From NCBI RefSeq assembly GCF_964204645.1, contig NC_134026.1, positions 18,076,150 through 18,140,149 of the forward strand: DNA of 64,000 nt, in the 5' to 3' direction. A model generated the notes under the pieces. That model was not told the origin of the DNA. It saw only the letters and a program-made list of their open reading frames with translations, and ran no database searches. Position 1 is the first letter of the stretch, and every line of letters starts with the position of its first letter. The stretch is from Tubulanus polymorphus (taxonomy: Eukaryota > Animalia > Nemertea). The position numbers were made by a program, and so were the translations under genes. Shown piece by piece: positions 52,501-61,746 of the stretch.

Positions 52501-52760
52501 GAGCCGACACTTGCTGAAAGCGACTGAGTTTGACCGGGAACAACAAAATTACTTTGTGTTATAATGTCCTGACAGTTGTCCGGTGTTATGAGTGAGTTGA
52601 CAGATTTATATGTAATTCCGTACAAGTTTTTGCTTGTCTGTCTGGGTATGTTAAAGGCAAAATCCGTTCTAGGTATATTTTCAAATGTGGCAGTTTGATA
52701 TTCATCTTCTTGGTCAGTTTCCATCGACTCCTCGCCACTCTCAGTCATTGCGGCTGCCAT
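46560..52760 (-). CDS. Large tegument-like protein (UL36-like architecture) with degenerate N-terminal deubiquitinase-like domain
   Basis: 2066 aa; N-terminal RQTSKN...DIITQS...FILESG...AIC...LYVPH pattern, long helical body, Pro-rich region, acidic C-terminus. Confidence 0.55.
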   Translation of the reverse strand: MAAAMTESGEESMETDQEDEYQTATFENIPRTDFAFNIPRQTSKNLYGITYKSVNSLITPDNCQDIITQSNFVVPGQTQSLSASVGSMSMYGTHTGTFILESGNAQSASAICLYVDNAGVVSLYVPHVPCCPYIHLVVFSGRDDLNNIRFKSLVHKNGIEFHAENPSAAFKNIFYQIAPQIVWFVSQIPIPTAGFARSLLYPNTCTVNHIPSLIVAGGRGIRAPQLLLDDTIKAVDKWRKEPSVGFEKNFAVDLESTIQSIVYNHKLNTDTIGKNLDAVNVFTIALGTVYDNVIKTKTNDKVSKLSELFGRTIHDMSTVDNTLSLLKTMFLAADTNQQAQQNAMLLIDETEYFQNLQDPTKSRLYGYILDIATHLRDLQNQLNSFPAKLEANLQTAQTEKVKDTWVPLVTNSNENLIKDLCSLVYGWSAGTSHINEETVKYLESSTMIRNLQYTMIQTTAGFYTDTVVPMCKQVIEKIETTQQQLESSSYRGVMTRLMHKIKMVVNNVLLASTPTATTNVNDYMAFHRYLVSVVQTPNHKIVTDIDKFEGNFTVLYDTDHFKDKMSFVNAYFKLINTTKENITKNIVDKIMVIYKQWTNGRESIRDWAFSKLIKFTEIVEKIGIQVQTSVKKVVEETVTMQSVDMDMIKVDDLIRLMTYTSIFERLDTVVYAQLTQLHTKHLSSVSPYTRNGYKASRHLNKTRDLINQIKIQDENANDSTLEQLVINRVRKIIDETNSQIHLQQFQLQTTRSHGVIVGAGSSASSESEKLNTRFGTAMAKIDQQKYWTMSEEHKSFLSNIKKLCMYASETLESHISWSQYGGTAISNNERIKKIKGLVSWHKKSEMQFKYAATDSETKNLVDSLLISVGHMGFVRYFRMLSDYAYFENMDNVNSTILSPVFVEMDLSNLFEFIPIDPVTTKIQQGLPEYLQPLADWWLNNARKPFVDTVLKEMRDTITTLKKKISDTVYSTNRDIQVTTSNVHDVYKKVTRELSKDKAVDKQEEHGARWWRWLLFLNSLDPAAKLDYMNMTPETVKFVKNILSLFYEFYPDNTVNRNRRDNNTNRRQLFVNLMEDRIGTEGPRSTKYVTTPYIKSTTKDKDIDDTHKLALKLINALVSSLSATIIKEVSEAVRNMEPSETSAYYENKSFYHALLQQLADLCGQMVTNAVDVITENNTRKDLLAFQLDLTQLTIDENTKQNTRPTKTFNCTMDSPSQMEMSGKLDEYVGMYTMLARHSKTKGEFLKELLTRYLVAKREENVSSPDTTTVTGGKKSPKYTCVILEGVREEFENVVNTLTSGIDPKSTKVMNLFLKSFLVDIIMSKQFSFIDICNQINKEEIESFIGGATAGHHFETDLSVIYSGEEGRRVAVESLPSSPEINIDRDNLITGNIGMDRNLFCEVSHMVIEEYRPNYVKTQKTQVRMGVTKKLYTTLNLMENLYNGGDGFLTYEKIVESEDDDEQTRELQHSLADLIDMMGLESNKRGEYDNVASVIRYYLPTVMNTKTRLESLSLEELADIMRPEFWDDVYVNTLIKLRRIYSGNRDLAINEQGPFEYVTADAHFPDRLLFKLENYKHPDAIEELKLGESEDIPKAMQTEKHRKKQQLIFATHDIEASELVDSNVPIDKTIDKFTNSIPPPQPPLSENEEQVIVLNGISEKQLLQVIEQVVARNQPTAPQPSTSTPQPSTSTASQPEERRPSPPPPKEPEPEDQPSAQVVKTSKMIDRVILETSKLPMVNINEETHPGHPKQPPLVHPFVSKTPKPAPVPIPTPPDPQVVQPPDQGANKLIDSVRTSVLDGSLVQQVESGAAVIAEIKKSVDMWNKENPVGVEMRLLLQELLDERNVVRDNVEGITELLKGFPKPGPMKPRNEIDAPTNLELPSDTKKLDSYVEDLMTKSNTFVPTSRQNALSSKLVEQKRDEFQDLENDLNQEYDYDYSDVYGTVEFRDDPPPIQLVSTPKKKLSIPPREIKNTPPLRTDLFEGEEKVDISVIEKEKKTDDPKSPKSPRLKSWESDRESVTSSSESEYSEESESDSEKDDELKLEIELEVNRFQYLSEMLHELSFTGR

Positions 52761-52903
52761 TTTTGTTTGGTTACGTTTTTTTCGGACCTCGTAAATTTTC
52801 GTAATCCGGAAGTTAGTTAAGTACTAAATAGAACTTTTCGTGTCCGGACGTGTCACTTTTGTACAGACGTTGGTGAGGTAACATCTAACATCTATGATAA
52901 AAA

Positions 52904-54565
52904 ATGTTACTACCCAAATCAATTTTTATAACCCATGTCCGGCGGGACTTGAAAAAATCGAAAGAGGCTGTACGGATGGAAAATAACAAACGACCGTATT
53001 ACCCACCATATCTTTGTAACTCTACCGTCTCTGATGAATGTGCAAAAGATATACACAGAATTGAACATATCCACAAGAACGGCTACTATGGCTACATGGA
53101 ATCTTGTTATATCACTCTACCATCGACAACCAATGCCAACTCAGATTGGTCAATTTACGACAAGAAATCGAAAAAAGATGAAGAAAATAATTCACCAATG
53201 TCGACACAGAAACAAGACCACTACATACCTCTGAATGTAATTGACAAACAGCACATGCACGGTGTTTACATGCTACCCGACCATGTTTTGGGTGAACGAT
53301 ACTCTGGTCTGAATAACGAATTTTGTTCGGATTGCAAAAATACCACATGTGTGGGGTCGAGAGTTAAACATTACGTTTTAAACTCTTGCGGGCCAAATGG
53401 AACATGCACCACTTATAAAAATGCAGACACTTGTATGAGCAACAACCCGTTTGGCACTTACGAATGTAAATATCGTAAAGGTACGGATAGCGATGCCTGT
53501 TTCAATAACATGATGTTTGTCGAAAAATTCAAAGAGGGTATAAATAAGGGTTATGTGAATATCAATGCTTCTAAGGGGGTCGATGAAATGTTGCTATTTA
53601 AAAGAGCCATAGAGGCGTTCGACGGTCGTGTTTCTTCGCCTAAAGATCTTCAAGATTCTTTGACTACTTGTGCATCAACGATAGTCGATCCGTTTGTGTC
53701 TGTTCGAAACGAAAGCACATTTACAGAACTCTTAAATCTAATCGGTAAAGAAAATTTCCACGCAAAAATGAAAGTCATAGAATTGGGAGATCACGGCAAT
53801 ATTGAGACGGCGGTCAAATCGCCAACAGACTCTAGTACCACAACCCCGCCAACGAAAAAAAGTTTAGAGATGCAATTTTACGAACGCAACGTGATGAACA
53901 TAAGCGGTCGGAGTTGTACCCACTCTTTGAAAAATGTTGTAATTCCACTTGTCAGTGAGGCGATGGAGTGTCAAAGGCTACAAAAATGTAAAGTCGACTT
54001 GGACTTTTTTATGGCCAATATGAAGGGACAATTGTCTACCGAAATGGGTACTCTGATACCAGCCTGGATGAACTACTTAATCGAATTCATTGCCAGGAGT
54101 CTAAAAACACACAAAATGACAACCAACGAACAAATGGTTACATTTGAAAATTATGGTGAACCTTTATTGAAAATATTACAATGTTCTAGAGAAAACAGGG
54201 CTCAGTGTACAGCATTTGCATTCGGTCGCCAAACAGGCAACAGTCTAATCGACTCTGAAGATCAAGATTTGATCACATTAAAATACAATTTACGAGACAC
54301 TGAAGACAATTTTCTAAGTGTAGATAGAATGGACAAAAATGATCATAGATACATAGACGAGCTTGGCTTTAAAAAAAGGCGAAGACAAACACAACATTGT
54401 GATCAACAATCAGAGCCTCAGACCAAGCGTCGAAAAAAATATAATTGCAAAGATTTGGGTAATAAACGTAAGCGCATGCAAGGTATTGTTAAAACTTGGT
54501 TACACGGCACTTGTAAGTTTAGGCAACACTACGACCTAGATATTCCACATATAAGTGAATATTAG
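52904..54565 (+). CDS. Cys-rich hypothetical protein with basic NLS-like C-terminus
   Basis: 553-aa ORF; KKRRR and KRRKK motifs; AATAAA after the stop. Confidence 0.72.
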   Translation: MLLPKSIFITHVRRDLKKSKEAVRMENNKRPYYPPYLCNSTVSDECAKDIHRIEHIHKNGYYGYMESCYITLPSTTNANSDWSIYDKKSKKDEENNSPMSTQKQDHYIPLNVIDKQHMHGVYMLPDHVLGERYSGLNNEFCSDCKNTTCVGSRVKHYVLNSCGPNGTCTTYKNADTCMSNNPFGTYECKYRKGTDSDACFNNMMFVEKFKEGINKGYVNINASKGVDEMLLFKRAIEAFDGRVSSPKDLQDSLTTCASTIVDPFVSVRNESTFTELLNLIGKENFHAKMKVIELGDHGNIETAVKSPTDSSTTTPPTKKSLEMQFYERNVMNISGRSCTHSLKNVVIPLVSEAMECQRLQKCKVDLDFFMANMKGQLSTEMGTLIPAWMNYLIEFIARSLKTHKMTTNEQMVTFENYGEPLLKILQCSRENRAQCTAFAFGRQTGNSLIDSEDQDLITLKYNLRDTEDNFLSVDRMDKNDHRYIDELGFKKRRRQTQHCDQQSEPQTKRRKKYNCKDLGNKRKRMQGIVKTWLHGTCKFRQHYDLDIPHISEY

Positions 54566-54618
54566 AAATAATAAAGTCCACATTTTAGTCCAAATCATTG
54601 TTCTTTGTTTTTGTAGTC

Positions 54619-55542
54619 TTAATGTTCCACAATTGGGTATCCGTGCCAATTTGAATTAGTTGGCGGTGGAATATAAAATCCTGGGTAAGGATAGGTAGGA
54701 ACTGGCTCGTATGCGTTTTTCTGTGTCGGCAAATGTTGAGATGCGGGTACAGAAATGTTCAATTCCTTTAGTTCTGTACGACGAGCTGGTGCCGATGATT
54801 TTAGCGGTGGTGGCTTTGTCTTTTTCTGCTGTTGTTGGTGTTGTTCTGCGTAGGCTGCGTCAACGGCCTTGGCGATATCCTCGTCATGGGTCATCTGTTG
54901 TTTTCTCATCTCTTCGGCATGGGTCAAGTGTTGCTTTTTCATCTCTTTTTTGTACTCTGCACATTTTGCTTCGTAGTGTTTGAGTTTCATTTTTAAATCC
55001 TCGCGTTCACTCCTTTCCCATGCACGATTTGCCTCTTTATCCCACAGTTTCTGTTGAACGTTTTCTTTTGCTTTTCGCTCGATTTCCACATTGGCCGTTG
55101 CAACTTCACAGTCAATCTCTACCTTTATTAATTCTTCGGAATATTGACCCAAACGGATCTTTGCAGCCTCGTGTTTTTTTGACATGTGAAATAACTCTTC
55201 TTTTGTACCATTCAATTCTTCCCACAGTTCCTGGGTATCTTTGCGCAATTTATCAGTGGCTGTGATCAAGACTTTAACCGCACATTGTTCACTTTTATCC
55301 ACAATATTGGCATTGGACAACAATTCCACGGCCTCGTCAACGGTCATGTCAACCGATCGCTTTTTGTCACTGACTGCTGCTGGTGATGCTACTCCTCCAG
55401 TTGCAGCTTTAAGCGACAACTTTAAAGTAGACGGTCTCTGTGGTCGTTTTAAATCTTTCGGATGGGGTAGTAGACTCGCGTAGTACTTTTCATCCAACAG
55501 ATCTTCGTCCGTGATAATCTCAATATCCGATGAATGAGACAT
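54619..55542 (-). CDS. Coiled-coil protein
   Basis: 307 aa, central E/K-rich heptads, P/Y-rich C-terminus. Confidence 0.72.
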   Translation of the reverse strand: MSHSSDIEIITDEDLLDEKYYASLLPHPKDLKRPQRPSTLKLSLKAATGGVASPAAVSDKKRSVDMTVDEAVELLSNANIVDKSEQCAVKVLITATDKLRKDTQELWEELNGTKEELFHMSKKHEAAKIRLGQYSEELIKVEIDCEVATANVEIERKAKENVQQKLWDKEANRAWERSEREDLKMKLKHYEAKCAEYKKEMKKQHLTHAEEMRKQQMTHDEDIAKAVDAAYAEQHQQQQKKTKPPPLKSSAPARRTELKELNISVPASQHLPTQKNAYEPVPTYPYPGFYIPPPTNSNWHGYPIVEH

Positions 55543-55741
55543 GGCGAGAGTGTGTTTGTATGTTGTGTGATGTTAGCAGTTCCAAGCTTCGAGTAGAAAT
55601 GGTACAGTCAGGGAAGTGACAAACCTTATATTCTACTTTCCGGACTTCCCGGTTTAATATAATTTTCTCACTTGTAACCAAAAACCGATACCAAAACTTG
55701 GGTTTTTTGTTTCATAACCAGTTTTTTTTACTTTTTTTTCG

Positions 55742-57136
55742 TTACCAGCCAATGAAAAGTTTTGAAGTTAGAATTTTATTCGTATCCATCCATTCTTGTA
55801 CCTCGTTAGAAGTGAAACTGAAAACGTATCTCGATTGTTCCATGTTTTCGCACATGACCAACCATTTTTTCAAATCTGACTTTGTTATCGTATACGTAAT
55901 GAACAGGTGATGATTACCACCAATGACCTCTGTAGATTTTTCAACTGCTCGATTCGGCGCCTTGTTATCCAACTTGACCGTGATTCTTTGTAAAATGTCT
56001 GTGTTTACCGTGGTTGATCCACCGATATTGTCCAAGTCTTCCATTATGCTTTCTATCTCCGGGGTAAAGTTGTACATTGCGTTGGTCGATTCTATTTCGT
56101 ACATCTTGACGATAGAAAATGAATGGTCTTCGTCTATATTAACCGCAGAGTAGCATTTTTTGGCAAAACCATTTCCCACTTTACTTAAAGATGGGTAAAT
56201 CCATCTGTAAAGTATTGCTTTCCATTTGTGATTTCGGACTTGTGCTAAAAACGCGATCGCGTCTTGTGTATTTCCACAATTTATCTCGTCAACATGAGGT
56301 ACGATAAATGTGTCGAGAAATTCCACACCTTTAATGGTCAAATACACATAAGGTTTAACATCACCGCTATGAGATGCTTTTTGTAAATCTCTAGTTGTGG
56401 TTTCTTCAACTCCCATGTCACCGTTATAATCGCCTGGGTGATTTGATTTAGAAGAGTCGTTGGATGCTACACCCACACTCTCACCCCCTATTGAAGAACA
56501 GGCACCCACACTGGTTGTTTCACTGGCTATGCTGATACTGTCGTCATTTTCGCTGGCCAATATCGCATTTTCCATTAACTGTTTATCTTGTTTCGGGTCC
56601 TCTGTGTTCAACAACGAATCTATTGTTAAACAAGTAGATAAAATGCAAACTGTTGATTTGTCGTTTTTTATTTTTTCGGACAAAGAGCCAACAGTGAGCG
56701 TCAGTGGGTACGGGTATAACTCTGTTTTGGTTTTTGTGTTGATTTCGGAATCTTTATCTGTTGTGTTAAAACCATCGATATCAAGTCCCTTGTCTCGACT
56801 TTGCCATAATTTTATTCTATTCCGAATCGATCGTCTGTTTTGTTGCTTGGAGACTAATTCTCCGACTGGGTACGATTGGTCTACGGCTGCCTTCATGATA
56901 CTTGGGCTAAGTTTTATAATTTTCTTTCCGTCCAATTGACCGGGACCGTTTACCACCGCATCTGTTGTCTTTCGCACGTGAGTGACTGCCTTTTTCCACG
57001 TTGCCAGTCGAATATTCTTCAATATGACATTAGTGCTATCTTGTCTTGTTTGCCGCCGCTTGTTCTTGGTTGTGGTGATGTCTTCATTAACTTCATCTGT
57101 CGACGTTGGGACTTTAATATTTTTTCTCCTAACCAT
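55742..57136 (-). CDS. Hypothetical viral protein
   Basis: 464-aa ORF starting 1 bp after the stop of the upstream gene. Confidence 0.75.
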   Translation of the reverse strand: MVRRKNIKVPTSTDEVNEDITTTKNKRRQTRQDSTNVILKNIRLATWKKAVTHVRKTTDAVVNGPGQLDGKKIIKLSPSIMKAAVDQSYPVGELVSKQQNRRSIRNRIKLWQSRDKGLDIDGFNTTDKDSEINTKTKTELYPYPLTLTVGSLSEKIKNDKSTVCILSTCLTIDSLLNTEDPKQDKQLMENAILASENDDSISIASETTSVGACSSIGGESVGVASNDSSKSNHPGDYNGDMGVEETTTRDLQKASHSGDVKPYVYLTIKGVEFLDTFIVPHVDEINCGNTQDAIAFLAQVRNHKWKAILYRWIYPSLSKVGNGFAKKCYSAVNIDEDHSFSIVKMYEIESTNAMYNFTPEIESIMEDLDNIGGSTTVNTDILQRITVKLDNKAPNRAVEKSTEVIGGNHHLFITYTITKSDLKKWLVMCENMEQSRYVFSFTSNEVQEWMDTNKILTSKLFIGW

Positions 57137-57137
57137 T

Positions 57138-59894
57138 TTACAGTTCTGTTATATCCTCGTCTTCTTTATCCAAATATTTTCGTAACAATTTGTCCCAGCG
57201 TTCGCAGTCTCGTTTTGCTGTTGTTTCAATGTGTCTGACACGGTTGGCGCTCTTGCTTATGGTGCCGATGACGTTTTCTAATATAATTTTTGCTCCATCG
57301 CCTTTTCGGTCTTTTTTATAAGTGATAGTTCTCACACCGCTCGAGCCTCGATCGTACGCGGTACCACCACCTGCCTTTGGCGACAACACTTTAGAGTCTG
57401 TTGCTCTCATGTTTGTGTAATCTAATAATAACATTTCCACAGTATTCATGTTTTTTGTCATGTTTTTGAATATCAACGAATAAAACGGAGCTTTTGATTC
57501 ATTTATTGAATTGTTCAACGCTAAAAGATGTATCAAAGTCTCGTTTCCTATCTTGTAGAACGCCATAGTTCTTACTACAAACGTGGGTAGCGATGGGTCT
57601 TGTCGTCGGCGCACGATCAAGTCTTTATTCAACACAAAGTCCTTGTCACCAAACAGCGTAATGGTCATATCCTTACTTCCTACTCCAGCACCACCGGGTT
57701 TTTGTTTTTTTGGTGTTTTCAATAGTTTTATTTTCGTTTCAGTTGGTGGATTTGTAAAAAACACGATCGTGTCGGTGGGTAGAGGTAAAAGATTGTTGTC
57801 CATTTTGAATTCTGACGTGAGCACCCTTGATGCATACAAAGGCATGGCTAGCTCATCGGCCGAGAAAATCAAAAACTCTGCAAACGCCATAACTCTTTGC
57901 AAACACGGTATCAAATTCTCCACGTAGTACCGTTCGAGTTGGTCCGGTCCAATTGATAGCGGTCTGGCTAACCAACACATGTTTTGATCTATGAATGGTA
58001 ATAAAAACGAACAACAAACACTATACCACAAGTCCGGTCGATTGATATGGTCAAATTTATCACTCTCATCTACGTCTATCATAGATTGGTCTACAAAACT
58101 TGTGTAAGCCGCATCGACCGGTTCTTCTGTTTTGCCACTTGTATACGTATAGTCAAGTGATCCAACCAACAGAGCAAGCACAATCAATTCACCGTTAACG
58201 TGGTTAACAGCTATATCGTTTTCTATATTCGTATCATTTGCCTTTTTGAACAATTCTCTCGAATCTATTGGAGCCGGTGTTGAGTGATGCATAATCCTTT
58301 CTGGGAAATACAACACGTCGTATCTGGCCGATTTTATGCCGGCTATGAGTACCGACATCATTGGATTTTTTTCAAACTGTTGTTCCTTGAACGTTTGGAA
58401 TCGGCTATACCGACCCGTGGTGTCAGTGCCTTGTGTGGTAAAACAAGTCAACGATATAGGGAGCCAGTAATGGAGTATTGGCATTTTGGACGTGATTGAA
58501 TAATTATAATAGCCCAAATTTCTCATCAACCTTGTGACTCCTTCTTCTTGTGGGTAATTTTCCATTAACATTTCTATGAAAATTCTCTGCTCTTCAAAAG
58601 TCTCGGCGTTATGGGGTAAATTTGATGCACTTCCCAACTGTTCATCAAGATATTTCGTTGTGTATTTGATGTCGTTTAGAAATTCCACATCGATTGGATT
58701 TTTTCCACGTGCCAATAGAGCTTCTGTTCTCTTCACTTCGGTCCATAGAACAAATTGTTCTGCTGATAGTGTACCTGCTTGTTGTTGATCTAAACTGGGT
58801 ATCGTTATGAGCCTTGCGTGATACGGCGTGACTTCTAGTGTTACGATAGTCGGGAGTATATTTTGGTCCAATAACATACACTTTATAGAATACAAGTGCA
58901 AATTGGGGGCTAGTGTGTAAATTCGGACACTTTGCATGTCTTCGTCAAACAGTCCAATACCACCGTGCTCCTGTGGTCCATATATTTGAATAATGCACAT
59001 TGTTATGTCTAACAAAGTTTCGGTTATCGACTTGTACGTTTGTTGGTTCTCTTTGTTGAACATGGCTTTTAAACATTCTTTCGATCTTTGTGCATACAAG
59101 TCGTTGTAAGCTTTCTGAACATGATCCGTATTTTCATATTTTTTCAGAAACTGGATGAAGTTCAAAATAACGGCAAACGATAGTTTATATACTGCTACGA
59201 AAGACGTCTCCGCTATAGCGGTTTCTATCAAGTTTGAACTTGCAATTATCATGTCCATATATTGATGAAGATCAAAATCGTCCGCAACGAAAACATCCCT
59301 GTTGAACAATTGTTCATTGATGTTTGCCGCCCGTATATGTTGTATGAGGGTATCATCGTATTGTTTTAATTGATCGTTGGTAACAGCCGAGAACAATGCT
59401 CGTCGGTCTTTTTTCACTTGTGTTTTTTCGATATAATTCGCAGTGGCACAAACCCATCTATGCCATAGCGATGTGTCGGCAAAAACTTCAATTTTATTTT
59501 GTTTCTGAACAACAGGTGACGCCATTAACAGCGTATCGGGTATATGTTTCTCTATGCTGTGTTTAAATTCACTTATCGTATTTTCCATCGACTTGTAAAA
59601 ATTCACCGTACTTATTGGTGAGATGTAGAGATCATTGTCCAAGTACTTTGCATTTTCCTCTTGCATAACACTATCGCCGCTACCTCCAAACACTTGTTCT
59701 TTCTCTGCATAGTTGGACGTTATAAGCGGAGTTAGAACAGTGTTTTTTACTGTTTCGATAGCTTGAATAGAAATGAACGAATAATCCCATTGATTAACTA
59801 CCACCGGATCGGGAGTTGGTGCTGGGGCTTGAGCGGGAGGTATCGGTGCTGCTACGACTGGTACAAGCGGACCAACACCAGCCATTTTGGACAA
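57138..59894 (-). CDS. Large hypothetical viral protein
   Basis: 918-aa intact ORF, likely start MAGVGP at 59885. Confidence 0.78.
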   Translation of the reverse strand: MSKMAGVGPLVPVVAAPIPPAQAPAPTPDPVVVNQWDYSFISIQAIETVKNTVLTPLITSNYAEKEQVFGGSGDSVMQEENAKYLDNDLYISPISTVNFYKSMENTISEFKHSIEKHIPDTLLMASPVVQKQNKIEVFADTSLWHRWVCATANYIEKTQVKKDRRALFSAVTNDQLKQYDDTLIQHIRAANINEQLFNRDVFVADDFDLHQYMDMIIASSNLIETAIAETSFVAVYKLSFAVILNFIQFLKKYENTDHVQKAYNDLYAQRSKECLKAMFNKENQQTYKSITETLLDITMCIIQIYGPQEHGGIGLFDEDMQSVRIYTLAPNLHLYSIKCMLLDQNILPTIVTLEVTPYHARLITIPSLDQQQAGTLSAEQFVLWTEVKRTEALLARGKNPIDVEFLNDIKYTTKYLDEQLGSASNLPHNAETFEEQRIFIEMLMENYPQEEGVTRLMRNLGYYNYSITSKMPILHYWLPISLTCFTTQGTDTTGRYSRFQTFKEQQFEKNPMMSVLIAGIKSARYDVLYFPERIMHHSTPAPIDSRELFKKANDTNIENDIAVNHVNGELIVLALLVGSLDYTYTSGKTEEPVDAAYTSFVDQSMIDVDESDKFDHINRPDLWYSVCCSFLLPFIDQNMCWLARPLSIGPDQLERYYVENLIPCLQRVMAFAEFLIFSADELAMPLYASRVLTSEFKMDNNLLPLPTDTIVFFTNPPTETKIKLLKTPKKQKPGGAGVGSKDMTITLFGDKDFVLNKDLIVRRRQDPSLPTFVVRTMAFYKIGNETLIHLLALNNSINESKAPFYSLIFKNMTKNMNTVEMLLLDYTNMRATDSKVLSPKAGGGTAYDRGSSGVRTITYKKDRKGDGAKIILENVIGTISKSANRVRHIETTAKRDCERWDKLLRKYLDKEDEDITEL

Positions 59895-60017
59895 GTCTTG
59901 GTATGGTTTACGTTTTAAGTACTTTTAAATACAAAACAAAAAAATTTCGGTGAGATTTTTTCTCACCTTCCTTAAGTATAAAAGTAACTTACAAAATCTC
60001 ACCTTATCTTTTTTAAA

Positions 60018-60421
60018 ATGGTCCGTATTGTCGCAAGTACTTTGGTGTTCTTCTTTTTAGCGCAGCATCAACAATATCTCTCACACCAACACCAGCCAGT
60101 GGCTTGCATTTCGTTATTTTCAGAAGAGATTTCACCTACTGTAACTTGGACACAGAACCAATGATTGCCAAAATGGTTGAATTTTCAACTAAAATTCAAT
60201 CCTTATCCATGCCCGAACGAAATCTTTTTGCCAGAGAATACGACGCAACCTTTTACAACGATCTAAAGCAGGTAACGAGAGATATGAGAAATGTTGCAAG
60301 TAATAACAACTATCAACACTGCCAACGACTACCCAGAGACATCAACAACATGATATCCAACCTAACCGCCTACATCGCCAACAGAAACACCAAGCCAACA
60401 GAAACAACGCATAAGAAATAA
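60018..60421 (+). pseudogene. Small secreted protein gene with a frameshift in the signal peptide
   Basis: TATAAAA at ~59977; AAAATGG start MVRIVASTLVFFFL; one missing base near 60060 separates it from AASTISLTPTPASGLHFV... (ORF 60104..60421). Confidence 0.55.
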
Positions 60422-60613
60422 ATTACATGAATTTTTGGTTAATTTATTTCTATTTAAATCACAAGAATGTAAATACACTTTGTTCAATAAACTTGCTGAT
60501 ATTATATTTGATGTTCTGGGGTATTTTTACTAGTCGAATCTTTGATAGACATCCGTGGTGTCTGTCTTGCTCGATCCTCATATGAACGGCGTTGGTCGAA
60601 TATTTTGAGCAGA

Positions 60614-60932
60614 CTGGTAATTTTAGGGCACTCAGTCAAATCAATTCATCCCACCAACCATGGTATAGGGAAGCGCGGAGATAGCGACACGGCGGTATTG
60701 TGTCCTGCGGCTGTCGGACAAGAACCGAGACGAGATACACGATAGCAGCTGCAAGCCGTGTCAGGATGATGGTGAAATGTGTCGGAGAATCGGTGAAGTG
60801 TTGGACAAAGTGAAAAATTGTGAAAGTTGGAAATTTCAAAAAAAGTCCCCCAGAAAATCAAAAACAGTGACACTATACTATAGCTGGGGTACCGGGGTTC
60901 TGGGGTATCTGGGGTACTTGGGGTACCAGAAA
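60614..60932 (-). repeat. Terminal/junction repeat copy 2 (left arm of palindrome)
   Basis: Reverse complement of 60987..61304 with about 1 substitution and 1 homopolymer indel. Confidence 0.97.
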
Positions 60933-60986
60933 TTAGTACTAATTTAAGTTCCAAAAATTCTGTTAAAATGGAACAGTCACCTGTTT

Positions 60987-61304
60987 TTTCTGGTACCCCA
61001 AGTACCCCAGATACCCCAGAACCCCGGTACCCCAGCTATAGTATAGTGTCACTGTTTTTGATTTTCTGGGGGACTTTTTTGAAATTTCCAACTTTCACAA
61101 TTTTTCACTTTGTCCAACACTTCACCGATTCTCCGACACATTTCACCATCATCCTGACACGGCTTGCAGCTGCTATCGTGTATCTCGTCTCGGTTCTTGT
61201 CCGACAGCCGCAGGACACAATACCGCCGTGTCGCTATCTCCGCGCTTCCCTATACCATGGTTGGTGGGATGAATTGATTTGACTGACTGCCCTAAAATTA
61301 CCAG
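60987..61304 (+). repeat. Terminal/junction repeat copy 3 (right arm of palindrome)
   Basis: Inverted partner of 60614..60932; includes the sequence of 1..236. Confidence 0.97.
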
Positions 61305-61746
61305 ACAACAATATCACCCTTTCCTAAATAAATTGGACAAGTATTTTGAATACTTTGCTGAAATCTTTATTCAAATCAACACATTCAACCCTCTAGGGGA
61401 TATAGCAGAGTCAATGGGTAGGATACCGCAACAGTATATTGTTGAAACCTAGAAAATGTAAAGACTTACCGAGCGATAATCAAGAAGCAGACAAAAATAA
61501 AACGAGGATATACTTAAATTTCTTCATCAAGAAGGGTAAAAACATTGGTTGGTTCAATGTTGTGCATGTTGATATGATATGATTGGTGATTCTTGTATAA
61601 ATTGTCAACTGAATGTAAGTAAATATATATGATTTGTAGTTTGGCACTAAATTTTGTGACATATCGATTGACTAACAACATATCTTTTATATGTTAACGA
61701 GTTAGAAATTTTGGTAACCTGGACACTCTGAACATTTATCACATAA

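Larger units (their letters stand above)
1..60932. mobile_element. Endogenous herpes-like large DNA virus segment bounded by inverted repeats
   Basis: Dense, mostly intronless long ORFs on both strands with TATA-like upstream motifs; assemblin-like protease/scaffold, alkaline exonuclease, large tegument-like protein and fusion-type glycoprotein; host LINE/MITE insertions; inverted copies of one repeat at 1..236 and 60614..60932. Confidence 0.72.

Noticed and set aside
57138-59894. Major capsid or portal assignment for the 918-, 870- or 706-aa ORFs
   Set aside because: No motif I can recognise; size alone is not evidence.
60636-61282. ORFs within the inverted repeats (and 138..344)
   Set aside because: Frames differ between repeat copies through homopolymer indels and most lack ATG starts; likely non-coding.
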